From contig OZ024746.1 in the NCBI GenBank assembly GCA_964016885.1, positions 98,332,001-98,396,000 on the forward strand: a DNA stretch of 64,000 bases, given 5' to 3'. This stretch comes from Eledone cirrhosa. Its lineage: Eukaryota. Every line of letters starts with the position of its first letter. Position 1 is the stretch's first letter. The position numbers and the translations under genes are program-made. Positions 53,656 to 64,000 of this stretch are shown piece by piece. The notes under the pieces are model-generated. The model saw nothing but the letters and a program-made list of their open reading frames with translations, was not told the origin of the DNA and searched no databases.

Positions 53656-54288
53656 ATATAAAGTGTGTGTGTATATATATATATATATACACACACATCG
53701 CTATCTCAACTCACCACTACCACCAACCGCTTTCAACACTCCCCCATTCCTACACATATTTCTCTTAAGAAAAAACTTTGCTTAAGAATTTCATCTCAAG
53801 CTCTCTTTAAAAATTTCAAATTGTAAACCTTTGGATTTTTGAAGAAAATAAATTATTTGGAACCACAAGTGAAGTCATTCTATTTCCTTTTATAAATATA
53901 TATATATATATATATACACAGTTCAAGAGTAACCAATCTTTAAGTTAAATAGCTATAACTAACTTAGATAAGTATAAGTTACCTCCCCTACATTGTCTCT
54001 CAATTAAAAAATTAAAAAATTACCACTTAACTATAAATTACCCACAATTTCTAATCTCTCGAGGAGTTACTTCCCCTGAAACCACCCTCTAATTAGTAAG
54101 GTAAATATGTCCATTAGCGGCCATCTTGTTACCCATAGGCAGATCTCACCCAATGCAGCCTCGACAGATGAATACTGCTTGATTATGGCTGACAATTGAT
54201 ACACCCAGGACACCATAGGGAAATACCAATATATGGAACATTACATTATGTAACATTCTCTCCTTATCTTAATTTATATTCCAGTGAA

Positions 54289-54407
54289 GTTCCGATGAGC
54301 TGCTCTGTTTTTAAATATGTTAATTATTTTCAACTAAACCAGATCAATAATGATATATAGTCATTTGATCCAGAAATATTATATGGAGTAGCGAAACAAT
54401 TGTAAAC
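54289..54407 (+). ncRNA. hammerhead motif with U4 to C core change and about 95-nt stem II
   Basis: GTT-CCGATGA-GCTGCTCTGT...ATGGAGTAGC-GAAA-CAATTG-TA-AAC. Confidence 0.6.
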
Positions 54408-54529
54408 GGACATTATTATTATTAATATTATTATTATTATTCTCTACATTCCTTACATCAAACTAAAATATGTTGACAATCTTTTAATATCTTCCTTGTG
54501 AAGTTTGTGGTCTTGTTTTGCTTAACTAA

Positions 54530-54582
<53 letters not shown>

Positions 54583-55208
54583 CGAAGGAAAAGTGGTAAG
54601 GAACCAGGTGGGCCATAACGCACCAAAGTACTCAATACTTAGGGTAGTAGAGTGGGTAATAGGAACAAGTAAGACCCCGGGGTCTTACTTGTTCCTATAT
54701 ATATATATACATACACGCACACATATATATATACACACACACGAACACACACACACACATACACACACATATACACACACATATTCACACATACACACAC
54801 ATACACACACTCACCACACACACGCACAGACACACACACACACACAATTACACACACATATACACACACAGAGAGAGACACACACACAGAATTGTAGTAT
54901 TTGATTCTCCTATTATTGTTTACTCAGCTGTTTGGGAGACGGAAAAAGCACTTAGCTGCGTTTCTAACAATTATAAAACAAAAAACATAAACAACCAAGA
55001 AAGTAGAGTGTTATCCAACGATTTCCATTAGATATGAATGAATTTCCGAAGGAGAGTTATAAAGATCTGTTAGTTTGACACATAAAACATTTAAGTAAAT
55101 GAAGTGTCTCTCGTCTCTATGTTACTTCATAGATTTTACAATTCCACTGCCAATACTGGAATTGTATAATCAAGACTGTAGCGGTATGTCATATATCAAA
55201 CCATATAT

Positions 55209-55268
55209 TTTATCTGATGAAGACGTACTGAAAAAACAACACAGTACCTTTGAAATATATATAATAAA
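55209..55268 (+). ncRNA. type I hammerhead ribozyme
   Basis: TTTAT-CTGATGA-AGAcGTACTG...CAGTACcTTT-GAAA-TATATA-TA-ATAAA. Confidence 0.75.
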
Positions 55269-55448
55269 GCATATATTTTGATTACGTGAATATCCTTCAT
55301 TTGTTAATATTTGAATAATCTTAAAAACTCCAGGAAAACCATTGTTGAGTGCTTTTAATCTATTGTAAAATTGTATTAATTGAGTAATCAACGAACCATA
55401 TTAATCTTTGGTTATATATATATATATGTACACATATATATATATATA

Positions 55449-55644
<196 letters not shown>

Positions 55645-56009
55645 GTAAATATACACGGGTGTGTATGATTGTGTATAGAAGATTATATTAATAAGAGGAA
55701 TTCCAACTTTGTTTGATTTACTCGTTTTATTTACAATCCTTTAAAATTTATAATGGTATTATAATGAAATAGTATGATAGAATATTAAATTCTAAGTGTT
55801 AATTGAACAAGTACTTTCATGCTTTCGCAATCTTCAGGTTCATAATATGTGGTGACAGTCAAGTTTGCAATTTTCAACTGTCCCCTTTGCTTTTGCCGAG
55901 ACGTAGTCACTACTTTAAAATTCATAGCGAATCGTCTTCACAATATTTTAAAATAAACAGACAATTTTCAACAGTTGAAAATTGCAAACTTGACTGTCAC
56001 CACATATTA

Positions 56010-56048
56010 TGAACCTGAAGATTGCGAAAGCATGAAAGTACTTGTTCA
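56010..56048 (+). ncRNA. minimal type I hammerhead (identical mirror copy on minus strand 55804-55842)
   Basis: TGAAC-CTGAAGA-tTGCgaaaGCAt-GAAA-GTAC-TT-GTTCA. GNRA-capped stem II and palindromic stem III. Confidence 0.8.
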
Positions 56049-56160
56049 ATTAAAACTTAGAATTTAATATTCTATCATACTATTTCATTATAATACCATT
56101 ATAAATTTTAAAGGATTGTTAATAAAACGAGTAAATCAGACAAAGTTGGTATTCCTCTTA

Positions 56161-56255
<95 letters not shown>

Positions 56256-56517
56256 ACATATATATATATATGTGTGTGTATGTGTGTGTGTGCGTATAAC
56301 TCTCGACAGAAGCGAAGGAGTATGTAGTCTTGAAAACCACTTACAAGTGAGAAACAGTATAACCATAGATACTCCCCTTTGCTTTTGCCGAGACGTAGTC
56401 ACTACTTTAAAATTCATAGCGAATCGTCTTCACAATATTTTAAAATAAACAGACAGTATATTATCAAATATACTATAGGTACATTCATATATACATCGGT
56501 ATTTCAGAGCACCAATT

Positions 56518-56566
<49 letters not shown>

Positions 56567-56635
56567 AAAAAAAGATGAAATCGAAAATGCAACTGGAGTC
56601 TTATTTTTTTTAAAAGATATATATTTATTTGGTTC

Positions 56636-56671
56636 CTTTGCCGGTTTCGCAGTTCTTCTGCTTTTCAAAAG
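56636..56671 (-). ncRNA. hammerhead-like motif, U3-A8 variant (decayed sister copy about 50590-50627)
   Basis: Reverse complement: CTT-TTGAAAA-GCAGaagaaCTGC-GAAA-CCGG-cA-AAG. The sister copy retains CCGG-TA. Confidence 0.55.
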
Positions 56672-57458
56672 TAGAATTGAGATGGAGGGTCTGTGGTTTT
56701 TCTCACATCTGGTTGGTCTTTGAATGTTACTTGTTTTATATGGAAAAAAGTGGCTCGAAACGCCAGGTTTTTAGAGAAGTAATTTGATTGGTTGGTCAAT
56801 AATTATAATAAATTTCGCGCCAGTTCGCGTTACAAAGTTCTTCAAACAATAGGGGGGAGCTCAGGTTGATTGTTCATCTATGAGTGTTTGAATTTCTTTT
56901 TACTTTAAAAAAGGGGCTCACGAAGGCTTTTTTTTAATAAACGTAATTTGATTGGTTATAAATGAAATTATGGCTGTCACGTGAACAAGTGTTCATTAAA
57001 TTTCGCGCCCGTATTTGGAAATTTATTCTGTAGCCTTTTTAGAGAATTTTATGACAAGCAAAAGATAATGGTCAAGAGAAATGGGATGGGAGAATTGTTC
57101 TGGTTCAGTGAATATGGTTAGTTCGCTGGGGTGTCAGAATTCAGATTTTCTATTGAAATAAAGAAAGTAAAGATATGTATCTTTATTTGTGTGCTGGTGT
57201 ATGTGTGTCTTTGAAGGCTTTTTTTTAATAAACGTAATATATATATTTATTAAAATAATAGATTAAAGTTTAAGCAAAGAATCGCTGCTTTCACCCTTAA
57301 CGTGATCTTCTGAAACGTTAAGGGTGAAAGCAGCGATCCTTTCCTTAAACTTTAATCTGTTATTTCAATAAATATTTGCTCTACGGTTCTTATATATTTG
57401 ATATATATTTATCCTTATCGAACCCTCTTTGGATTGTAGTCTTCAAATTTATTATTAT

Positions 57459-57534
<76 letters not shown>

Positions 57535-57590
57535 GTATGTAAAAGGAAACAGAAATATATTAGGTTAACGCTGATATAGCAGGAAGAGGG

Positions 57591-57626
57591 TCTTAACGTT
57601 TCGGACGCTAGTCCTTCATCAGAAGA
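57591..57626 (-). ncRNA. minimal type I hammerhead
   Basis: Reverse complement: TCTT-CTGATGA-aGGACtagcGTCC-GAAA-CG-TT-AAGA. Confidence 0.75.
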
Positions 57627-57692
57627 AAGAATGAGAAATAAAATAGATTAAGGGGATGTATATATATGTATATATATGTATATATATGTATA

Positions 57693-57786
<94 letters not shown>

Positions 57787-57840
57787 CGCAAACTTAATAT
57801 AAACTGTGTAAAAATTGCCTCCTGTTTCGTTTGTTTCATT

Positions 57841-57906
<66 letters not shown>

Positions 57907-58047
57907 TTAAGTTGTTAAACAATATTCGATGATTATGTCAAAGAATGAGTTTTACAGTAGATTGGAAGCACTCAACGGTAAAAATAATTTTCAGGAGTTA
58001 TTAATATTAAAATATAAGTATTAATAAAATAGATGTTCTTTTGATCA

Positions 58048-58110
58048 ATTACATTTTATTATACATATTTCGGATGTACAACAGTACGTCCTCATCAGAC
58101 AAAATATAAT
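58048..58110 (-). ncRNA. type I hammerhead ribozyme
   Basis: Reverse complement: ATTATATTTTGT-CTGATGA-GGAcGTACtgttGTACaTCC-GAAA-TATGTA-TA-ATAAAATGTAAT. 12-bp stem I including wobbles. Confidence 0.8.
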
Positions 58111-58862
58111 GATACATGACATACCCTGAGATGTTAAATGGTTAAGATTTAATCAAGGTAGTGATTACCCGATAGAAAATTTTGCTTATATAATATCTGT
58201 GTGAGAGTGCGAAAACGTAATGAATTCATTAGGGAATGTGTGAGTAATAAAAGACGTTGCATACTTAATGTGTTCTAAAATGTTAAATTGTATGATACTA
58301 TATCTAGCGAAACGTCTCATGAATCATAACAGCCAGTGATAGCCACTGGAAAAAGATTTATAAGGAGGGAAAGATAAAGTGTGGGGTTTTTTTTCGAAAG
58401 TTAAACGGTTAGAATTTGGAAATATTTAATTTATAATATTTCAGAATTATTTGCTATTTATTTATATATTATTTATATAAATTCGATAAGTATGTTATCA
58501 TTTCTAAACTTTTGAATTGTGAGAATAACATTTTAAAGGATTTAGCTGGCACGTAAAAATGAAATATTATACTGTTGATTAATTACCTAAATCTAAACTT
58601 TAACAAATATCTCAACATATGTATGTAAAGCTTTTGAAGTACTTATTGTTATAAATATTTGAATAACTATTATGTATATAGGTGTATATTAATGAGTCAG
58701 TATATATATATATATATATTAAAATAACAGATTAAAGTTTAAGCAAAGAATCGCTGCTTTCACTCTTAACGGGATCTTCTGAAACTAATAAAGTTTATTA
58801 TTTGATATATATTTATCCTTATCGAGCCCTCTTTGGATTTTAGTCTTCAAATTTATTATTAT

Positions 58863-58946
<84 letters not shown>

Positions 58947-59747
58947 TGGAATTTTGAAGAAATATACACAAAATATACACATAAAACAGACTGCAATTTA
59001 ACTCTCTAGGTGTCAATTTTCATTCGTTATGTAAATTCACATTAGAAGAGTGATGTACCAGTTATTATGGCTGTGAAGCTATATCAGTGACTTGAGGGTC
59101 ATGAGTTTCGTGTAAGAGTGCTTTAAGCAGCAAAACTCCTGATCCTAGAGTCATTTAAGCTATGCTTAACGTTGTTTTAATTTAAAATCTAATAATAAGG
59201 AGTCTTTTTTAAGGACATTTCTCAGCCATAGTTATAAATGTTTCTACTTTTGGTACAAGGTCAGCAATTATCCCAGTGCATTACTGGTACTTTATTTTGT
59301 CAACCCTGTAAGGATGAAGTTAACCTTGGCTAGATTTGAACTCAGAACGTAAAGGTCCATAACTCTATGCTGTAAAGCATTGTGTCTGACGCTCTACCGA
59401 TGCTATAATGTATATAAATTATATCTAGTTCATCCTTTCGTAAAAGTGTAAAGATTTATCCAATGTCTCTCATATTACCTTCCTTGTAACAACCATCACT
59501 GAAGTGGAGCAAACAGTGAACATTCTTCAACATCTTACGACGGAATCAAACTAAGGGGAGATGATCTATACAGTTCTAGAACATTAGAACATTGTTAGAA
59601 ATAGCAACTAATTTCTCCTTAAATTATGCATAATTGTCTTAAAAGAGGGAAGAACCCGTTGAAATATGAGGTTTGGGATACACTACAACGTGACAGTGAT
59701 TGTGGGATGGTTAATACTATAATATATTTGATTGTATGTTTATTCAA

Positions 59748-60170
59748 GGCACGTGGCCTAGTGGTAAGGGTGTTCAACTTATGATCGTTATGTTGTGGGT
59801 TCAATTCCTGGGCTTGGGGTTTAACCTTGCGATGGGCTTGCGTCCTGTCCAGGCAGGGGGAGTCATACTCTCAGCTGCTTCACGCCATAAAGCCGGGATA
59901 AGCACCTGCCTAACGAGTCTTCTGGCTTAAGACAGACCTTAGATAAAATGGTTAAAGTTAGGAAAGATGTCCAACTGGGTTCGATTTCTGGGTTGCGTGT
60001 TGTGTTTTTGAGCAAAACATTTCATTTCACGTTACTCCAGTGTACTAAGCTGAAAATGAGTACCAGCAATAGCTGGGAGTTTAACTTTGCAATGGACTTG
60101 CGTCCTATCCAAGGGGAATGTTGTACTCTCAGTCGCTTCACGCCATGGAAACCGAGAAATAGTACCGGCT
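59748..60170 (+). mobile_element. two copies of a second tRNA-derived SINE family
   Basis: Head GGCACGTGGCCTAGTGGTAAGG...GGGTTCAATTCC (A and B boxes). The segment TTAACYTTGCRATGGRCTTGCGTCCTRTCCA...CTCTCAG..GCTTCACGCCAT is shared at about 59820 and 60080. Confidence 0.65.
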
Positions 60171-61372
60171 CAACTCACTACTTGCAATGTCAGAGGGTAT
60201 GCTTGCTTGCATGTATTTAATCACAAATTAATTAAGGATAAGCAACAACGACAGCACCACAGATCATATTTCGTATACTGTATTTTGTTGTTTGTAAGGT
60301 GTTCTTTTAATCTACCTTTTAGCAACAATCGTCTCTCTTTTGTATTTGTTCTCGACGTTATATTAGAAAAATACAATTATTGGAAAATCTTGAAAACGTT
60401 TCATTACACGTTGAAAGTCAAGCTTTAGTAGACTGTTGGCTATTTCATTCTAACATGTGCTATCTCTGCTACTTGTAAGTATTCTTTCCGTCTTAAAAGT
60501 AAACTTATTTTACAAATCGAGCCGGTTAAATATATACCGTGAGGAAACTTTGGAAGCAGAAAGCCTCTTGTGAAAAAGTTTGAAGATACAATATAAAAGA
60601 GAAAGTGAACTCAAGTGGCTAGTGAGCAATAATGTTTCATTATAAAGGATTTTCAGCGGACATCTTCTTAATATACATCACTTTTCTGGTAGTGATACGA
60701 TAGCTGAACATATTTCTAATAGAGATATTTGGATTGAAACCAAATTGGCAATCTTGACAACAGATATTTCATGACTGTAGGATTAGGTGAAGGTACGCTT
60801 TAGGGCATGTTGCTTTCCTTATCTAATTTAGCTGAATAACTGAAGATAAAATAATATTCCTAGCATATAATAGAGATTATTTGGTGGCTATTGGTTAGTC
60901 AATTTCCTAAAAGATTTCCATCCCCCTGTAACATCTATATAGTTCTTGATTCCGAATATAAGTACCCAATTTAAGGAATCTAATAAGTCAAAAATATTAT
61001 AAATTTAACCTTCCTTCCCATGTTAGATTGGCATGGAATTAACTTTTAATGAAATACCTTTTATAGATTACCTTAATAATTTCAATCAAAGAGATTTTGT
61101 ACATCTCATCGTGTTTCTCACAATGACACATCCCAATTTAATATATTCCTTCCATGACACTTATGTGTAGATATATTTACAAAATTGTTCAGATCGTATA
61201 ATTATATCGTATTTTCACTTCCTCCACTCTTTTTCTCCATTGCGTTCGCTCTCAATTCTCTCTAACTCTCTGTCTATTTCCTTCTTTTTCCGTCACACAC
61301 AAACACACACACGTATATATATATATATGTATATACATACATATATATATACGTGTGTGTGTTTGTGTGTAT

Positions 61373-61421
<49 letters not shown>

Positions 61422-61501
61422 TTCCGGGTTCAATCGGGGATAACCACAGTTCATCAATCAACTACTAAAGTGATACTAAAGTGATAGTATGTGTGTGTAT
61501 C

Positions 61502-61554
<53 letters not shown>

Positions 61555-61567
61555 ATATATATATATA

Positions 61568-61634
<67 letters not shown>

Positions 61635-61649
61635 ATATATATATATATA

Positions 61650-61701
<52 letters not shown>

Positions 61702-61729
61702 TGTGTCTGTGTATGTGTATGTGTGTGTA

Positions 61730-61841
<112 letters not shown>

Positions 61842-61971
61842 TGTGTCTGTGTGTGTGTATGTGTGTGTTTCTGTGTGTGTGTTCAATGAAAAAGAGTTAG
61901 TTGATTTAGAATTAGCTGACTTTTTTATAAATGTCAAGCATTCAACGGTATAAGTTTATCCGGAGTTTTAT

Positions 61972-62434
61972 GATAATTGTTTCTACTTTTGGCACAAGGC
62001 CAGCAATTATCCCAGTGCATTACTGGTACTTTATTTTATCGACCTCATAAGGATGAAAAGCAAAGTTAACCTCGGCGGGATTTGAACTCAGACCGTAAAG
62101 AGACGTAACTATGCTGCAATGCATGGCGTCCGCCTCTCTACCGATACTGCCAATCCACCGCCCCAGTATGGCGTCCGCCTCTCTACCGATACTGCCAATC
62201 CACCGCCCCAGTATGGCGTCCGCCTCTCTACCGATACTGCCAATTCACCGCCCCAGTATGGCGTCCGCCTCTCTACCGATACTGCCAATCCACCGCCCCA
62301 GTATGGCGTCCGCCTCTCTACCGATACTGCCAATCCACCGCCCCAGTATGGCGTCCGCCTCTCTACCGATACTGCCAATTCACCGCCCCAGTATGGCGTC
62401 CGCCTCTCTACCGATACTGCCAATTCACCGCCCC
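61972..62434 (-). mobile_element. SINE whose 45-bp head is tandemly amplified 7 times (62123-62434)
   Basis: Unit ATGGCGTCCGCCTCTCTACCGATACTGCCAATYCACCGCCCCAGT equals the reverse complement of the SINE 5' end. Confidence 0.9.
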
Positions 62435-62457
62435 TCCGAAAGACAGTTATGTTAGAC

Positions 62458-62750
62458 CAGGCACGGACAACCTTCTTCGATAAGCGAGCCGCATGAGATA
62501 TGGCTCATCATCAGGCGGGTCGCAAGCGCTAATTTACATTCGTGGCCACATTTTAAAAAAAGGGTGATAACTCAGGTTGTTTTGATTTGTTTCTTCAGAA
62601 TTCCTACATGTTGTTTCCCTCGATCGTAAAAATGATAGAAAGATAAATTATGACTGAAAAGTTGGGATAAAAGAAATCAGAAAGATTTCAATTAGGTGAC
62701 TTAGGTGAGCCATTCAGAAAGCTTCGCGGGCTGCAGGTTGCCCATGACTG
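62458..62750 (-). mobile_element. hAT-type MITE, sister of 42732-43007
   Basis: CAGGCACGGACAAC...GTTGCCCATGACTG with flanks TGTTAGAC/TTTTAGAA. Confidence 0.8.
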
Positions 62751-63158
62751 TTTTAGAACATCCTAATTTATTTTATTCTACGTATTTCGAAGATGCAAGG
62801 CTTATGTATAACATAAGCCAAAACATGTTCTTTTCAGATAAAATCCACGGGAGATAGAGAAATTCTTTGATATGCAGGCGGTCAGACGAGCTGTTCAGAT
62901 CTGTGGTATTGATGCTCTGTAATAGCGATGTATATATGACTAAGTAAGTGACGTAGTCACTACTTTAAAACTCATAGCGAATGTTCTTCAAAATGTTTTT
63001 AAATAAACTGACAGTATATTATCAAATATACTATATATACATACATCGCTATTTCAGAGTACCAATACTAATTCCTAATTTTTGATTGACCGGCAACCGC
63101 TCTGTTTAATCAGCTCTTAAACATCACTGGAATTCTATAAGAATGTAGCTTCTATAAC

Positions 63159-63247
63159 TCTCGGCAGAAGCGAAGGGATATTTAATCTTGACAACCGCTA
63201 ACGAGCGAGAAACGGCCGTCGATTACTTCCCTTTGCTTTTTCCGAGA
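63159..63247 (+). ncRNA. type I hammerhead ribozyme, U3-A8 core variant with extended stem I
   Basis: TCTCGGCAGAAGCGAAGGGA..TAATC-TTGACAA-cCGCTaacgAGCGa-GAAA-CGGCCG-TC-GATTA..TCCCTTTGCTTTTTCCGAGA. GUC triplet. Decayed sister at 56301-56393. Confidence 0.75.
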
Positions 63248-63562
63248 CTAAGTAAGTGACGTGGTCACTACTTTAAACCTTATAGCGAATGGTCTTCAAA
63301 ATGTTTTTAAATATATATTATAAACATACAGTATATTATCAGATATTCTATACCTCCATTCATATATATTCTGCTTGCCCCAAAGCTGTCCTGTGTTTGT
63401 TTGTATGTGTTTGTGTGTGTGTGTGTGTGTGTGTTATCTTTTTTTGTGTCTATACGTTTTAGTAAGCAGCCAAAATTCTGCTTGCGTCAACCGACGTAAT
63501 TGATCAACTCAAGATTCTATAACGCATGCGCTGCATGCGTTGCATGCACGGACCCTTCGCCC

Positions 63563-63638
<76 letters not shown>

Positions 63639-64000
63639 ATATTATATACCTTTCTTTCTTTCACTCTCTTTTCCTAAAACTATTTCACCTCTTCCATTAC
63701 ATCCTATCATGTTCTCTTCACCTCTCACATAACTTCCAATTTATTAATTTATCCTTTATTTAGCACTGTACTATTTGTTCATAATATAATTTAACCAATA
63801 TATATATGCATATATTTAATATTTTCATATTTATACCATCACATCTTTATACTTCAACCACCACCACTACCATCACCACCACAACTATGTTCAACAACAA
63901 TATTATGTTGACTTTTTTTCACACACGTATATATTATTTTACTTTTTTTACTTATTTTTTATAAAATTTTTTTCCTCTCTCTCTTTTTCTTTTCTCTATT

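Noticed and set aside
52940-53785. 281-aa ORF as a host zinc-finger or mucin-like gene
   Set aside because: The single CCHC knuckle preceded by VIVEGR fits a LINE ORF1. The ORF has no ATG at its start and runs into a microsatellite.
59748-59812. tRNA gene
   Set aside because: It has A and B boxes but no complete cloverleaf and continues into SINE body sequence.
62123-62434. CRISPR-like regular repeats (also 48062-48366 and 30328-30581)
   Set aside because: Head-to-tail units with no unique spacers, no cas genes, and a eukaryotic context.

Overview
AT-rich, microsatellite-saturated eukaryotic genomic DNA. The SINE family and repeat make-up suggest an octopus or other cephalopod (inference). 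No intact host gene is supportable, and almost all long ORFs in the track are translated microsatellites. The window holds decayed retroelements of several clades (L1/Tx1-like, R4/Dong-like, RTE-like, CRE-like, and four Penelope-like GIY-YIG fragments), about 25 copies of one tRNA-derived SINE, and several hAT and Tc1/mariner-type MITEs. The main hidden signal is about 25-30 type I hammerhead ribozyme (HHR) motifs from at least 15 sequence families, found by eye on both strands and mostly in short non-coding inserts between (TA)n tracts. Many have palindromic stem III. Several occur as back-to-back fold-back pairs, some have very long stem II, and at least three families carry a compensatory U3-A8 core. 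This looks like a population of Penelope-mobilised, retrozyme-like ribozyme elements. Folding was done by hand and cleavage activity is untested.
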